Assembly: GCA_043754515.1 (NCBI GenBank)
Contig: JAYUUO010000123.1
Coordinates: 1 to 12,658 of the forward strand
From: Armatimonadota bacterium
GTDB lineage: Bacteria > Armatimonadota > Armatimonadia > Armatimonadales > Armatimonadaceae
Reading direction: 5' to 3'
Length of the DNA stretch: 12,658 nt
Shown: one piece after another, positions 1 to 7,735 of the stretch
Layout of the letters: each line of letters begins with the position of its first letter
Position numbering within the stretch: the stretch's first letter is position 1
Notes under the pieces: generated by a model
The model's input: only the letters and a program-made list of their open reading frames with translations
Database searches by the model: none
What the model was told of the DNA's origin: nothing
Program-made: the position numbers and the translations under genes

Positions 1-23
1 GGGAGCCCCATCAAGGATGTTAT

Positions 24-248
24 ATGATAAAACTACTGAAAGGAGTGATAGCAACGTCACAGATGTTGCTATGCGTTTGGCTGGTAATCATCATACTAAG
101 TATTGCGTTCGGGTGGAGACTTCCTATCAACAAGTATTTCATTCCACTCGTTGGTTGCCACATAATCGTTATATGGCTTTTCTCTTCTTGGACCAAGTAC
201 GGACAATCGCCGGATCGTATTGCCAGAATATCCGACGAACCTAAGTAG
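24..248 (+). CDS. Small hypothetical membrane protein (2 predicted TM helices); possibly the immunity protein of a toxin upstream of the window
   Basis: 74-aa ORF with two hydrophobic stretches (MLLCVWLVIIILSIAFGW; FIPLVGCHIIVIWLF). AAGGA at 13-17 lies 6 nt before the ATG. The DNA is AT-rich and next to Rhs debris. Function is inferred. Confidence 0.4.
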   Translation: MIKLLKGVIATSQMLLCVWLVIIILSIAFGWRLPINKYFIPLVGCHIIVIWLFSSWTKYGQSPDRIARISDEPK

Positions 249-276
249 TTATCAAACCCTATGTTGCTCATCCAAC

Positions 277-415
277 GTGGTAGACGACACCACGCCAAAG
301 ATTAATGGCAGAACCAAAATCGGTAGCTACCTGTTTGACAACGCGAACAGGATCGCGACGCGGGCAGGTCAGCGCGGACGCGGTCCAATCGTACGCGAGT
401 GACACGAGTGGCTCA
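277..415 (+). pseudogene. Degraded Rhs/YD-repeat fragment
   Basis: Translation gives ...KIGSYLFDNANRIATR, then after a frame change VSADAVQSYASDTSG. This resembles YD-repeat units (xYxYDxxNR...xYxYDxxG). No start or intact frame. Confidence 0.3.
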
Positions 416-743
416 GACAAATCGGTCCGGCCGATTTTCTTGTACACGCTCTCGGACGGCGACCGGGCGAACGCGTGGGACAGCTAGAACCGGCTGGTGT
501 CGCTGATCAAGGCGGGCAAGATGTGCGACTTTCGCTACGGCATGACAGGCCTGGGCAAGGACCCGAACGAGTACGACCTTTGCTATTTCGGGATGATCGG
601 GGCGAGCCGAGCGACCACATTCCCGCGCTCGTCGAATACATAGAACGTCTCGCCCGACACCGCCCCCAGCGACCTGTATCGTCTACTCCCTACAACAGAC
701 GATCAAATTGCCGTTCCTTTGTGACGGGAACGAATGAAACTTT

Positions 744-992
744 TTATTCATAGACGGCACCAACGTAAAGCAGTTCCGCGAGGGCTCTCCACGTTGAATT
801 GTCGGGCATATTTTTGCCCTCACGTTCCCAATACTCAGGCATTCGCTTCTCCGTCCAGTGAGCTAGTGCCTCTAAGAATGGTTCTAGGGAACCATTTTGC
901 CAGTAACGCTCCCCATTTTCTAGATCGTTTAACAGGTCGCGTACGTAGGCCACGAACTCCTCGCGCGTGCCGACTTTCTCATAGTCACTCAT
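744..992 (-). CDS. Putative immunity protein of the Rhs toxin (resembles small DUF7660-type proteins)
   Basis: 82-aa acidic protein with the pattern TREEFVAYVRDL...WQNGSLEPFLEAL..W.....Y....G...P...TWRALAELL..G.VYE. Its start overlaps the toxin stop (ATGA at 992-989) and it shares the toxin tip's lower GC. Family resemblance is from memory, not a search. Confidence 0.7.
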   Translation of the reverse strand: MSDYEKVGTREEFVAYVRDLLNDLENGERYWQNGSLEPFLEALAHWTEKRMPEYWEREGKNMPDNSTWRALAELLYVGAVYE

Positions 993-1630
993 CTGGGTAT
1001 ACCTCTTATGTAAGGCGACTCGATCCCCTCAGGGAAATCTAGCTTCCTCGCCATTTGTTGCGCCACGCCAGGCTCACTCGAGCTAACTATCCGATAAGGT
1101 ATTTCTCGGCCAGCAGATCGATACGCTAAGAGTCTGCGGTTATCCAATGTTACCATGTTTCCCCCCTCCGTTTCGAGAACTTGAATAGCCTCAACATCCG
1201 CGCCGCCCTCCCGCAACGACTGAGTTAGATCGGCAATAGTACCGTTGTTCCCCGAGAAATTCCAGGAGACGCCTTCCTGACCAAACTTGATCCTGAAAGG
1301 ATCGATCTTTTGTACTGATTCTGCTCCTTCAATCACCTCCGCGCCTTCGGCCATGCCCTCCGACGCCGCGATCACCAGCACGTTGGCGAACGACGCGCCG
1401 AACGCCTCCGGGTCGCTCGTGGTCGTCCAGGCCGTGAGCGAGCGGATCACGCCCGACGCGACCAGTCTGCCCGCCGCCCGGAAGCCCCGCGCCCCCGCCA
1501 TCTGCGCGATGGCGGCGACGCTGTCGGCTATCGCCTTCGGGTCCGTTATCGCGTCCAGGGTCTTGCCGTAGCCGTGGAAGACGGCCCCGACCTGCGACAA
1601 GTAATCGCCCCACCCGCTTCCGTCGCCGCA
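989..1630 (-). other. Rhs C-terminal extension (213 aa): Ala/Gly-rich pre-toxin helices plus a ParB/sulfiredoxin-like toxin domain
   Basis: Follows the autoproteolysis motif PVMHTDPSGL (1660-1631). The last ~110 aa read IDPFRIKFGQEGVS..F....TIADL...L......IQV....G.MVTLDNRRLLAY...GREIPYRIV, matching the ParB-N/Srx-like (Tox-ParB) pattern with DNRR in place of GHRR. Confidence 0.7.
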
Positions 1631-1803
1631 CAGCCCGCTCGGGTCGGTGTGCATGACGGGGTTGCCGTCGCAGTAGGCATAGACGTTCTGCCCGCCCGCA
1701 GTCCCGATCGGGTCCCGGTTCAGCCACCGCCCCACGCCCGGGTCGTAGTACCGGAGCGAGCACAGGACGAGGCCGGTCTCGCGGTCGGTGTAGTAGCCGT
1801 ACT

Positions 1804-1828
1804 CGCGCGAAACGCCGCGTTTCCGCTG
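1804..1828. repeat. 25-bp palindromic insertion causing the Rhs frameshift
   Basis: Contains the perfect inverted repeat GAAACGC-C-GCGTTTC (1809-1823). Deleting 1804-1828 restores DPFGFGG-Q-YGYYTD in one frame; deleting 1805-1829 gives GG-E-YGYY. Confidence 0.6.
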
Positions 1829-1982
1829 GCCCGCCGAAGCCGAACGGGTCGCCGTCCGCGGGCGGTTGCGTCGCCTCGGTGCCGTACGCCCGGTATGAGT
1901 GCGTGTCTTTGACCGTGCCGTCCGGGGCGAGGCGTGCCGCCACGTTCCCCCGCTCGTCGAACACGTAGAACGTCTCCCCTGA

Positions 1983-2760
1983 CACCGGACCCAGTGTGAA
2001 CGTACCGCCAGTGCCGCCCCCGCCCCCCGTGACCGATCCCGTGGGCGACGGGAGCGGCGACGACGGGGAGGGCGACGGGGGCGGGGGCTTCGAGGTCGAG
2101 GGGGAAGGGGAGGACGACGGCCCGCCGGTGGTGCCGCCCCCGGTGCCGTCCGTGGTTCCTCCACCTGTGGTGGTTCCTCCCGAGGTACCGCCCCCACCGG
2201 TGGTCGTTCCACCGCCGGTCGTGCCTCCACCCGTTGTGCCGCCCCCGGAAGTCCCGCCGCTCGTGCCGCCGGTGGTGCCCGACGTCGTACCGCCCGTAGT
2301 CGTGGTGCCGCCCACGCCGGTGGTGCCCCCGACACCTATATCGCCGCCACCCGTGCCACCCCCGCCCGTGTCGCCACTGGTTGTACCACCGGTATCCCCT
2401 CCGGTCGTGCCGCCGCCGGAAGTACCCGACGTCGTGCCGCCCCCGCCCGTCGTGGTGCTTCCGCTCGTGCCGCCGACACCGGTGGTCCCGCCGCCTGAGC
2501 CGCCGGTGGTGCCAACGCAGCTGGGGGAGGGGCTAGGAGAGGGCGAACCCGGCGAGGGCGACGGCCCGCCGCTACCGGACGGGCTGGGGCTACCCGAGGG
2601 TCCGGAACTGCCGGACGAAACGGCGGCGACTCTTCTGGCACTCAGAGCTGCCGGACCACAAGGGTCCTCGCCTATCGTCGAGTCAGCTATTTTCGTCGGC
2701 ATGAGTTGACCCGGCGCGAGCGCACGGATTGCCACGGATTTCGGCACCGGGGGCGCGGTC
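1983..2760 (-). repeat. Low-complexity coding insert: Ser-Pro tract, Gly-Gly-Thr-Thr repeats, Ser-Pro tract
   Basis: Translation SGSPSPSGSGGPSPSPGSPSPSPSPSC-VGTTGGSGGGTTG...GGTTGGGTTGGGTTTGGGG...-PSSSPSPSTSKPPPPSPSPSSP lies between the Rhs motifs NLFGGTGLVSRTT and GETFYVFDERGNV. Confidence 0.9.
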
Positions 2761-5057
2761 GAGAACGTCGTGCGGCTGACCAGTCCCGTGCCGCCGAACA
2801 GGTTCACCGCCGTGATCTGCCCCTTCTCGTTCGCCTCGCAGATCGGGTGCCCCCCATCGTAGAAGAAGAAGGTCCGATGCCCCTTGAGATCATCCTTGAA
2901 CGCCCGCATGCCGCCTAAACCGTAGCCGCAGGACAGCGACTGGTTAAACGTGAGCAGGTTGCCCAAAAAGTCGAACCCGGTGGTGTTGCCGTGGTGCGTG
3001 ATGGGGTCACCGGTTTGCGAATAGGAGTAGCCCTGCGCGACCGGCTGATCGCAGTAGTTGAACTGCTGACCCGACATGTTCTCAAACGTGGTCGGATTGC
3101 CCGTCGCGTCGTACTCGAACGTGAACGCGCCCGCCGCACCGCTATGCCCAGTCAGACGGTCTTTGGCGTCGTAAGTAAACGACTCCACCCGCCCGGCACC
3201 GTTTACGCTGGTCGGCACGGCGGTCCGGTTGCCCGCGCCGTCGTACGTCATGGGCGCGTTTAACCCCATGTTGCCGAACCGGGCGAGCTCGCGCCCATTC
3301 GCGCCCGCCGCGGTGACGATCTCGCCGACTCGCCCCAGGTCGTCCAGGCCGTAGCCCGTGGTCGCGGTCGGCGCGAACGACGAACCGCCCCCGCTTCCCA
3401 TACCGACCGCGACGGATTGCAAGCCGCCGGTGTCGGTGTCGAGGGCGCGGTAGTTATACACGGCGGTGTGGCCGAACGGGTCCTGTATCCCGCTCAACCG
3501 CCCGATGACGTCGTAGGCGTAGCTGAACACACCCATCGGGGTGTTCAGCGAGGCGCGGCTACCGTCCGGGTTGTAGGCGTAGCCCGTCGTGAAGCTCGGG
3601 CCGAGGGTGCCGGTGCCGCAGAGCGGGCCGTTGTACGTCGTGGTCGTGGACTGCACCCTGCCGACCGGGGTGTACTGCACGGCGACCGTTCCCACGCCGT
3701 CCCGTTTCTGCGTCAGCCGCCCGAGATTGTCGTACGTGAACGAGGCGTTGTTCTTGCTGTTCGTGCCGTTCCAGGTCACGCCGTCCGCTTCCGAGAACAT
3801 AATGTCGCTCGGCGCGCCGTCAATGGGGTTGTATACGTACTCCGTGACCACGCCGTCGTTGCTCTGCGCGGCGCGGACTCTGCCCGCGTCGTCGTACTGC
3901 AAATACTTCGTGGTCTCGTGCGTGCCCGGTGCCTTACCGGGAGTCCAAACCTCGCCCAGGTACCCAGCCTGATTGTGTATATACTGGGTAGGAACCGCGT
4001 TCGCGTTCCACGTCGTCACCACGCGATAGGAGGCGTCCAGCATCACGTACGAGGATTGCGACTCGTTCCCGGTCGCCTTCGCGCCGAGCGTTTCGCCCTC
4101 ATGCCCCAGTATCGGCGCGTACTCCCGTACCAGCGCGCCAGTCTTATCGTAGGCGGCTGTGTGCGTCACCGGCCCGCCCTGGTACAGGTAGTCAATGTGG
4201 ACGCGCGGCGGCACCGGATCACCCGGTTGAGTGGGCTGAGGGACCGTGTTGAAGTTCACCTGCGCGATGTCGGTCGGCTGGTGCGCGGCATTGTACGTCG
4301 TCACCGCGCCGCGCCCACTCCCGTCCCAGGACTGGGTCAGGTCTCCCACGCCATTGTAGCGCAGGTGCGTGATATTATTCCCGCCGTTTATCTGCATCGT
4401 CAGCGGTTGCCCGATGGATACGGGCATGGTGTAGGCACCGTCCGTCCCGTAGGAGAACGAGCGCGTGACGGGCTGACCGGAAGCGTTCGGCGCGGTGACG
4501 CTGGTGACATTCCCCAGACCATCGTAGGTATAGGAAGCGGTCTGAGTGCCAAGGCCCACCGGTGAGGGATACGTGACACTCGCCACGTCAAGGGGGTTCG
4601 TGTCGGCGTAGTTCAGCGCGGTGACGCCGACGCCCGGCACTCCCACGGAGATGAGACGCGGGAAGGCGACGTTCTGTGATGCCTGCGCCTCGTAAGTGTG
4701 GATGGTCGTGTTGCCGCGCGGCGTGGTCGCGGTCAGCGTCCACCCGTAGAAGTCGTAGTCAGACGCCGCGCCAAGCACAAGAAGCATGAGGAGCGGAAAC
4801 CAGCGTTTTGTACGAGCGCGGCACACCATGCGGTTCTTCCTTAACATAGCGACGCCGAAAGCGCGAAAGATTGAACAATATAATAGGGGCGGCCAGAGTC
4901 GCCGCGCTACACCGACCGACGAGGAGTTCCCGCTCTTCTCAGGAGTTACGCAGTCGAGAAACGCGCCGAACGTCGGATACACGCTCGCGGGCGGGACGGA
5001 CTAATTTTGGCGGCACTACGGCGTAACCTTACAACTCCTTTCCTCACTCAGGAACGG

Positions 5058-5762
5058 CTAGCGACCCACCCGGCTACCCTCGCGCGGCTTCCGAATCCAG
5101 TGCGGGAATATCCGGCGCGATGGCTCGCCCGCGAACGTATCCCGCGTCGCCGCTATCGCCGCCATCATTAAGTGCCCCCCGGCCTCGCGCCCGACCTCAC
5201 GCCCGATGGTGAGCGGCGTCCCGAACGCGACCGTGACCACGCCGCGCCGGATCTTGCCGCTCCGGGTGAGCACCGAATTCGTGCCCGTTACATAAACCGG
5301 CACCACGGGGCAACCGGATTTAATCGCGAACAATGCCGCGCCCGGTTCCGCCGCGCCGAGTACACCGTCGTCCTGGCGCGAGCCTTCGGGGAAGATACAG
5401 ACGACCCGCCCCTCGTCCAGCAACTCGAACGTCCGCTTGAACGCCGACCGGTCCGCCTCGCCGCGCTTGACCGGGTACGAGTCCACGCCGCGCAATAGAA
5501 ACCCTAGCACCGCGTTCGCGAACAGTTCGGCCTTCGCCATGAAGCAGACGCGGCGCGTGGACGTGTCGCCGATAGCCACCGGGTCGAGGTACGACGTGTG
5601 GTTCGAGACCATCAGCACCGCGCCCGTCGCCGGGATATTCTCTTCGCCCTGCACGAACAGACCGCCCATCGCGTTCAGAATCAGGAGCGTCGCGCCTTCG
5701 AGGAACCAGTAGGTATCGGGGGTGCGATCCGCCACGCTACGCCGTGCGTCTTTCCAGCGCAT
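5058..5762 (-). CDS. plsC: 1-acyl-sn-glycerol-3-phosphate (lysophospholipid) acyltransferase
   Basis: NHTSYLD (HxxxxD), FMAKAELF and IFPEGSR motifs. Overlaps the 3' end of cmk, a common cmk-plsC synteny. Start is ATG 5762 or TTG 5765. Confidence 0.92.
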   Translation of the reverse strand: MRWKDARRSVADRTPDTYWFLEGATLLILNAMGGLFVQGEENIPATGAVLMVSNHTSYLDPVAIGDTSTRRVCFMAKAELFANAVLGFLLRGVDSYPVKRGEADRSAFKRTFELLDEGRVVCIFPEGSRQDDGVLGAAEPGAALFAIKSGCPVVPVYVTGTNSVLTRSGKIRRGVVTVAFGTPLTIGREVGREAGGHLMMAAIAATRDTFAGEPSRRIFPHWIRKPREGSRVGR

Positions 5763-6426
5763 CAAGATAACTTAGTATCTCGCCGACGATCTCCTCGGGC
5801 GTCCGTCCGTCCGAGACTATCTCCACCGCGTCCGGCGCGACCGTGAGGGGCGACACTTCCCGGCCGGCGTCTCGCGCGTCGCGGACGTCCTGATCGGCGC
5901 GAACCGCTTCCACGGTGGTGTCCACGCCGCGCGCGAGGATGTCGCGGTGCCGCCGCGCCGCCCGCTCATCGGCGGACGCGGTCAGGAACACTTTGAGTTC
6001 GGCGTGCGGGAAGACCACGGTGCCGATGTCGCGCCCCTCCATCACCACGCCGCCGTGCGTGCCGAGCGACTGCTGTTCGGCGACCAGCGCGGAGCGCACC
6101 CCCGGAACGGCGGACACGACCGACGCCAGCGAGGCGATCTCCGGCGTGCGTATATCCGAGGAGACGTCGCGCCCGTCCAGAAACACGCGCTGTTCGGCGT
6201 AGTCGCTGTCGCCGGGCGCGAATGTAATGCGGGTCGTGCGGGCGAGCGCGGAAATCGCGTCCCGGTCGGCAGGGTCAACGCCCGCGTCGCGCGTCTTGAG
6301 AGCGACGGCGCGGTACATCGCCCCGCTGTCCACGTAGAGGTAGCCGAGGCGCGTGGCGAGGAGCCGCGCGACGGTGGACTTGCCCGCGCCTGCGGGGCCG
6401 TCAATTGCGATGGTGTCAGGTTTCAT
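5737..6426 (-). CDS. cmk: Cytidylate kinase
   Basis: IAIDGPAGAGKSTVA P-loop, YVDSGAMYRA, VVMEGRDIGTVVFP and KVFLTAS..ERA.RR motifs. Confidence 0.97.
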   Translation of the reverse strand: MKPDTIAIDGPAGAGKSTVARLLATRLGYLYVDSGAMYRAVALKTRDAGVDPADRDAISALARTTRITFAPGDSDYAEQRVFLDGRDVSSDIRTPEIASLASVVSAVPGVRSALVAEQQSLGTHGGVVMEGRDIGTVVFPHAELKVFLTASADERAARRHRDILARGVDTTVEAVRADQDVRDARDAGREVSPLTVAPDAVEIVSDGRTPEEIVGEILSYLDALERRTA

Positions 6427-6433
6427 AAGAAAA

Positions 6434-6475
6434 GCGGCGGGAAACCCCTGCCTTTAGGCAGGGGAGAAAAGCCGC
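6434..6475 (+). repeat. IS left-end subterminal hairpin
   Basis: CCCCTGCC-TTTA-GGCAGGGG (6445-6464) with an outer stem GCGGC (6434-6438)/GCCGC (6471-6475). Confidence 0.9.
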
Positions 6476-6511
6476 GTCCTCCTTCCGAAGAGGACTTTTA
6501 TAAGCCTCCTG

Positions 6512-6520
6512 TGGTATAAT
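6512..6520 (+). promoter_or_regulatory. Extended -10 promoter of tnpB
   Basis: TGGTATAAT (TGn-TATAAT) ends 9 nt before the tnpB ATG at 6530. No SD in between. Confidence 0.65.
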
Positions 6521-6529
6521 TGCGTTGAT

Positions 6530-7669
6530 ATGAGTACGATCCTGAAAGTTATCACTGTCAAATTGCGTACTACAACCGAAACAGAGCAGGCCCTCGCCGA
6601 CACCATGGAACGCTTCAACAAGGCGTGTAACCATCTGTCGGGCGTCGCCTGGGATTCTAAAACATTCCGCGTCTTCGACCTCCATCACGCGGGCTACGGT
6701 GAGACCCGCAGACTGTTCGGTTTGCCCTCCCAACTCACTGTCCGCGCCATCGGCGTCGTCGCCGACGCGTACAAGAAAGACCAGTCGGTTCGGCGCATTT
6801 TCGGCGAACGCTCGGCGGTCGTTTTCGACGCGCGGTGCTACAGACTCAAGAACCTGTCCAGCGTCTCGCTCACCACCACGCGGGGGCGCAAAGACTTCGT
6901 GATGCGGCACGGCGGCAAACAACGGGCCGAACTCGAAGGGGCAGATATGGGCGAAGCCGACCTGCTTTACCGCGACGGTTCGTATTACCTCGCTATCACC
7001 ATCAAGAAGCCCGAACCACCTCGCGCCGACATGTCGGGCGGGGTGCTCGGGGTTGACCTCGGTATAGTCGAAGTCGCTTCCGATAGCGAGGGCAATTCCT
7101 ATTCGGGTGAGCAGATCAAGTCGGTCCGCCGCAGGCTCAGAGAGCACCGACGGAACCTGCAAAGACGCGGCACGAACAGCGCGAAGAAGCGGCTCCGCGA
7201 GATCGCCCGGAAGCAGTCGCGCTTTGTTCGTGACACCAATCATGTAATTTCTAAACAGATAGTACAGACGGCATACGATTCCTTGAAGGCAATCGCTCTC
7301 GAATTCTTGACGGGTATTCGTGAGTGGACGGTTCATCTGGGGCGGAACATGCGCTGGCTTTTGGGCAACTGGAGTTTCTACCAGTTGCGACAGTACATCA
7401 CCTACAAGGCGAGGCAAGTCGGCATTGAAGTAATCGGGGTGTCCCCCCGCAACACCAGCCGTACCTGCTCTAAGTGTCTGTTTTGTAATAAAGCCAACCG
7501 CAGGTCTCAATCGCATTTCCTCTGTCTTTCTTGTGGCTTCCAGGCCAACGCGGATTATAACGCCTCGCGCAATATAGCCCGCTTAGGACGGGAGGCACGG
7601 GACGCACATGTTTTTGCTCCGCAAAATACCGAGTCAGTCGCCCTAATGTCCTCTGTTGCGGCCACCTGA
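6530..7669 (+). CDS. tnpB: TnpB RNA-guided endonuclease (IS200/IS605 family)
   Basis: RuvC-I GVLGVDLG, RuvC-II IALEFL, zinc ribbon TSRTCSKC...FLCLSCG, RuvC-III NADYNASRNI. The D-E-D catalytic triad is present. Confidence 0.96.
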   Translation: MSTILKVITVKLRTTTETEQALADTMERFNKACNHLSGVAWDSKTFRVFDLHHAGYGETRRLFGLPSQLTVRAIGVVADAYKKDQSVRRIFGERSAVVFDARCYRLKNLSSVSLTTTRGRKDFVMRHGGKQRAELEGADMGEADLLYRDGSYYLAITIKKPEPPRADMSGGVLGVDLGIVEVASDSEGNSYSGEQIKSVRRRLREHRRNLQRRGTNSAKKRLREIARKQSRFVRDTNHVISKQIVQTAYDSLKAIALEFLTGIREWTVHLGRNMRWLLGNWSFYQLRQYITYKARQVGIEVIGVSPRNTSRTCSKCLFCNKANRRSQSHFLCLSCGFQANADYNASRNIARLGREARDAHVFAPQNTESVALMSSVAAT

Positions 7670-7735
7670 CCGCAAAGATTGAAGGACAAGCCACCCGCCT
7701 TTAGGCAGTGGTCACTGACAATCTAAGCCGTAGTA
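7560..7735 (+). ncRNA. Predicted TnpB omegaRNA (reRNA): scaffold ending at 7719 plus flank-derived guide AATCTAAGCCGTAGTA
   Basis: Established TnpB architecture: the scaffold overlaps the tnpB 3' end and right end, and the guide is the adjacent flank. The 3' scaffold end is set by TGAC 7719. The 5' boundary and guide length are approximate. Confidence 0.65.
7687..7719 (+). repeat. IS right-end guide, hairpin and cleavage site
   Basis: CAAG + CCAC-CC-GCC-TTTA-GGC-A-GTGG (7691-7711) + TCAC + TGAC. Confidence 0.85.

Larger units (their letters stand above)
989..4847 (-). pseudogene. Rhs/YD-repeat polymorphic toxin with predicted signal peptide, frameshifted at ~1804-1829 (1277 aa if 25 bp are removed)
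   Basis: Many YD repeats (YTYDGLGNV, FTYDNLGRL, YAYDVIGRL, FTYDAKDRL, FEYDATGNP) in the 1329..4982 frame. The Rhs core (YGYYTDRETGL...RYYDPGVGRWLNRDPIG..GGQNVYAYCDGNPVMHTDPSGL) is in the 989..2335 frame. Likely start is ATG 4847 (MLRKNR...RWFPLLMLLVLGAAS); ATG 4829 is an alternative. Confidence 0.9.
6427..7719 (+). mobile_element. Non-autonomous IS200/IS605-family element (tnpB only, no tnpA), 1293 bp
   Basis: Both ends have related subterminal hairpins with the core GCC-TTTA-GGCAG. Using the IS608-type pairing rule, left guide GAAA (6441-6444) predicts target TCnT, and TCAT is at 6423-6426. Right guide CAAG (7687-7690) predicts end TGnC, and TGAC is at 7716-7719. No target duplication, as expected for this family. 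Confidence 0.9.

Noticed and set aside
1830..2335. N-terminal Arg/Pro-rich part of ORF 989..2335 as a standalone gene
   Set aside because: It is the shifted frame of the Rhs insert. Only the part downstream of 1804 is real coding sequence in this frame.
2652..2670. EDPCG inside the insert as a second DPxG autocleavage site
   Set aside because: It lacks the preceding YxYxxxNP/PxxxxDP context; a 4-residue match is expected by chance.
1996..2709. 237-aa Val/Pro-rich (VVPPP) plus-strand ORF
   Set aside because: It is the antisense mirror of the GGTT repeat in the Rhs frame, with no independent start signals.
3417..4565. 382-aa plus-strand ORF and other shadow ORFs over Rhs, plsC, cmk, res and mod
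   Set aside because: GC-rich antisense or alternate-frame ORFs overlapping motif-supported genes.
4850..5057. Riboswitch, small ORF or terminator between plsC and rhs (SD-like GAAAGGAG near 5035-5042 on the minus strand)
   Set aside because: No properly spaced start codon, no recognisable RNA motif and no clear hairpin with a U-tract.
6416..7516. 366-aa minus-strand ORF as a possible tnpA or a cmk-coupled leader ORF
   Set aside because: No recognisable Y1/HUH or serine-recombinase motifs. It is codon-aligned antisense to tnpB and its tail is just the left-end hairpin.
6530..7669. Cas12f/CRISPR system, nuclease-dead TldR, or IStron
   Set aside because: No repeat-spacer array in the window, the catalytic D-E-D is intact, both IS ends are present, and only ~100 bp separates the left end from tnpB, too short for a group I intron.
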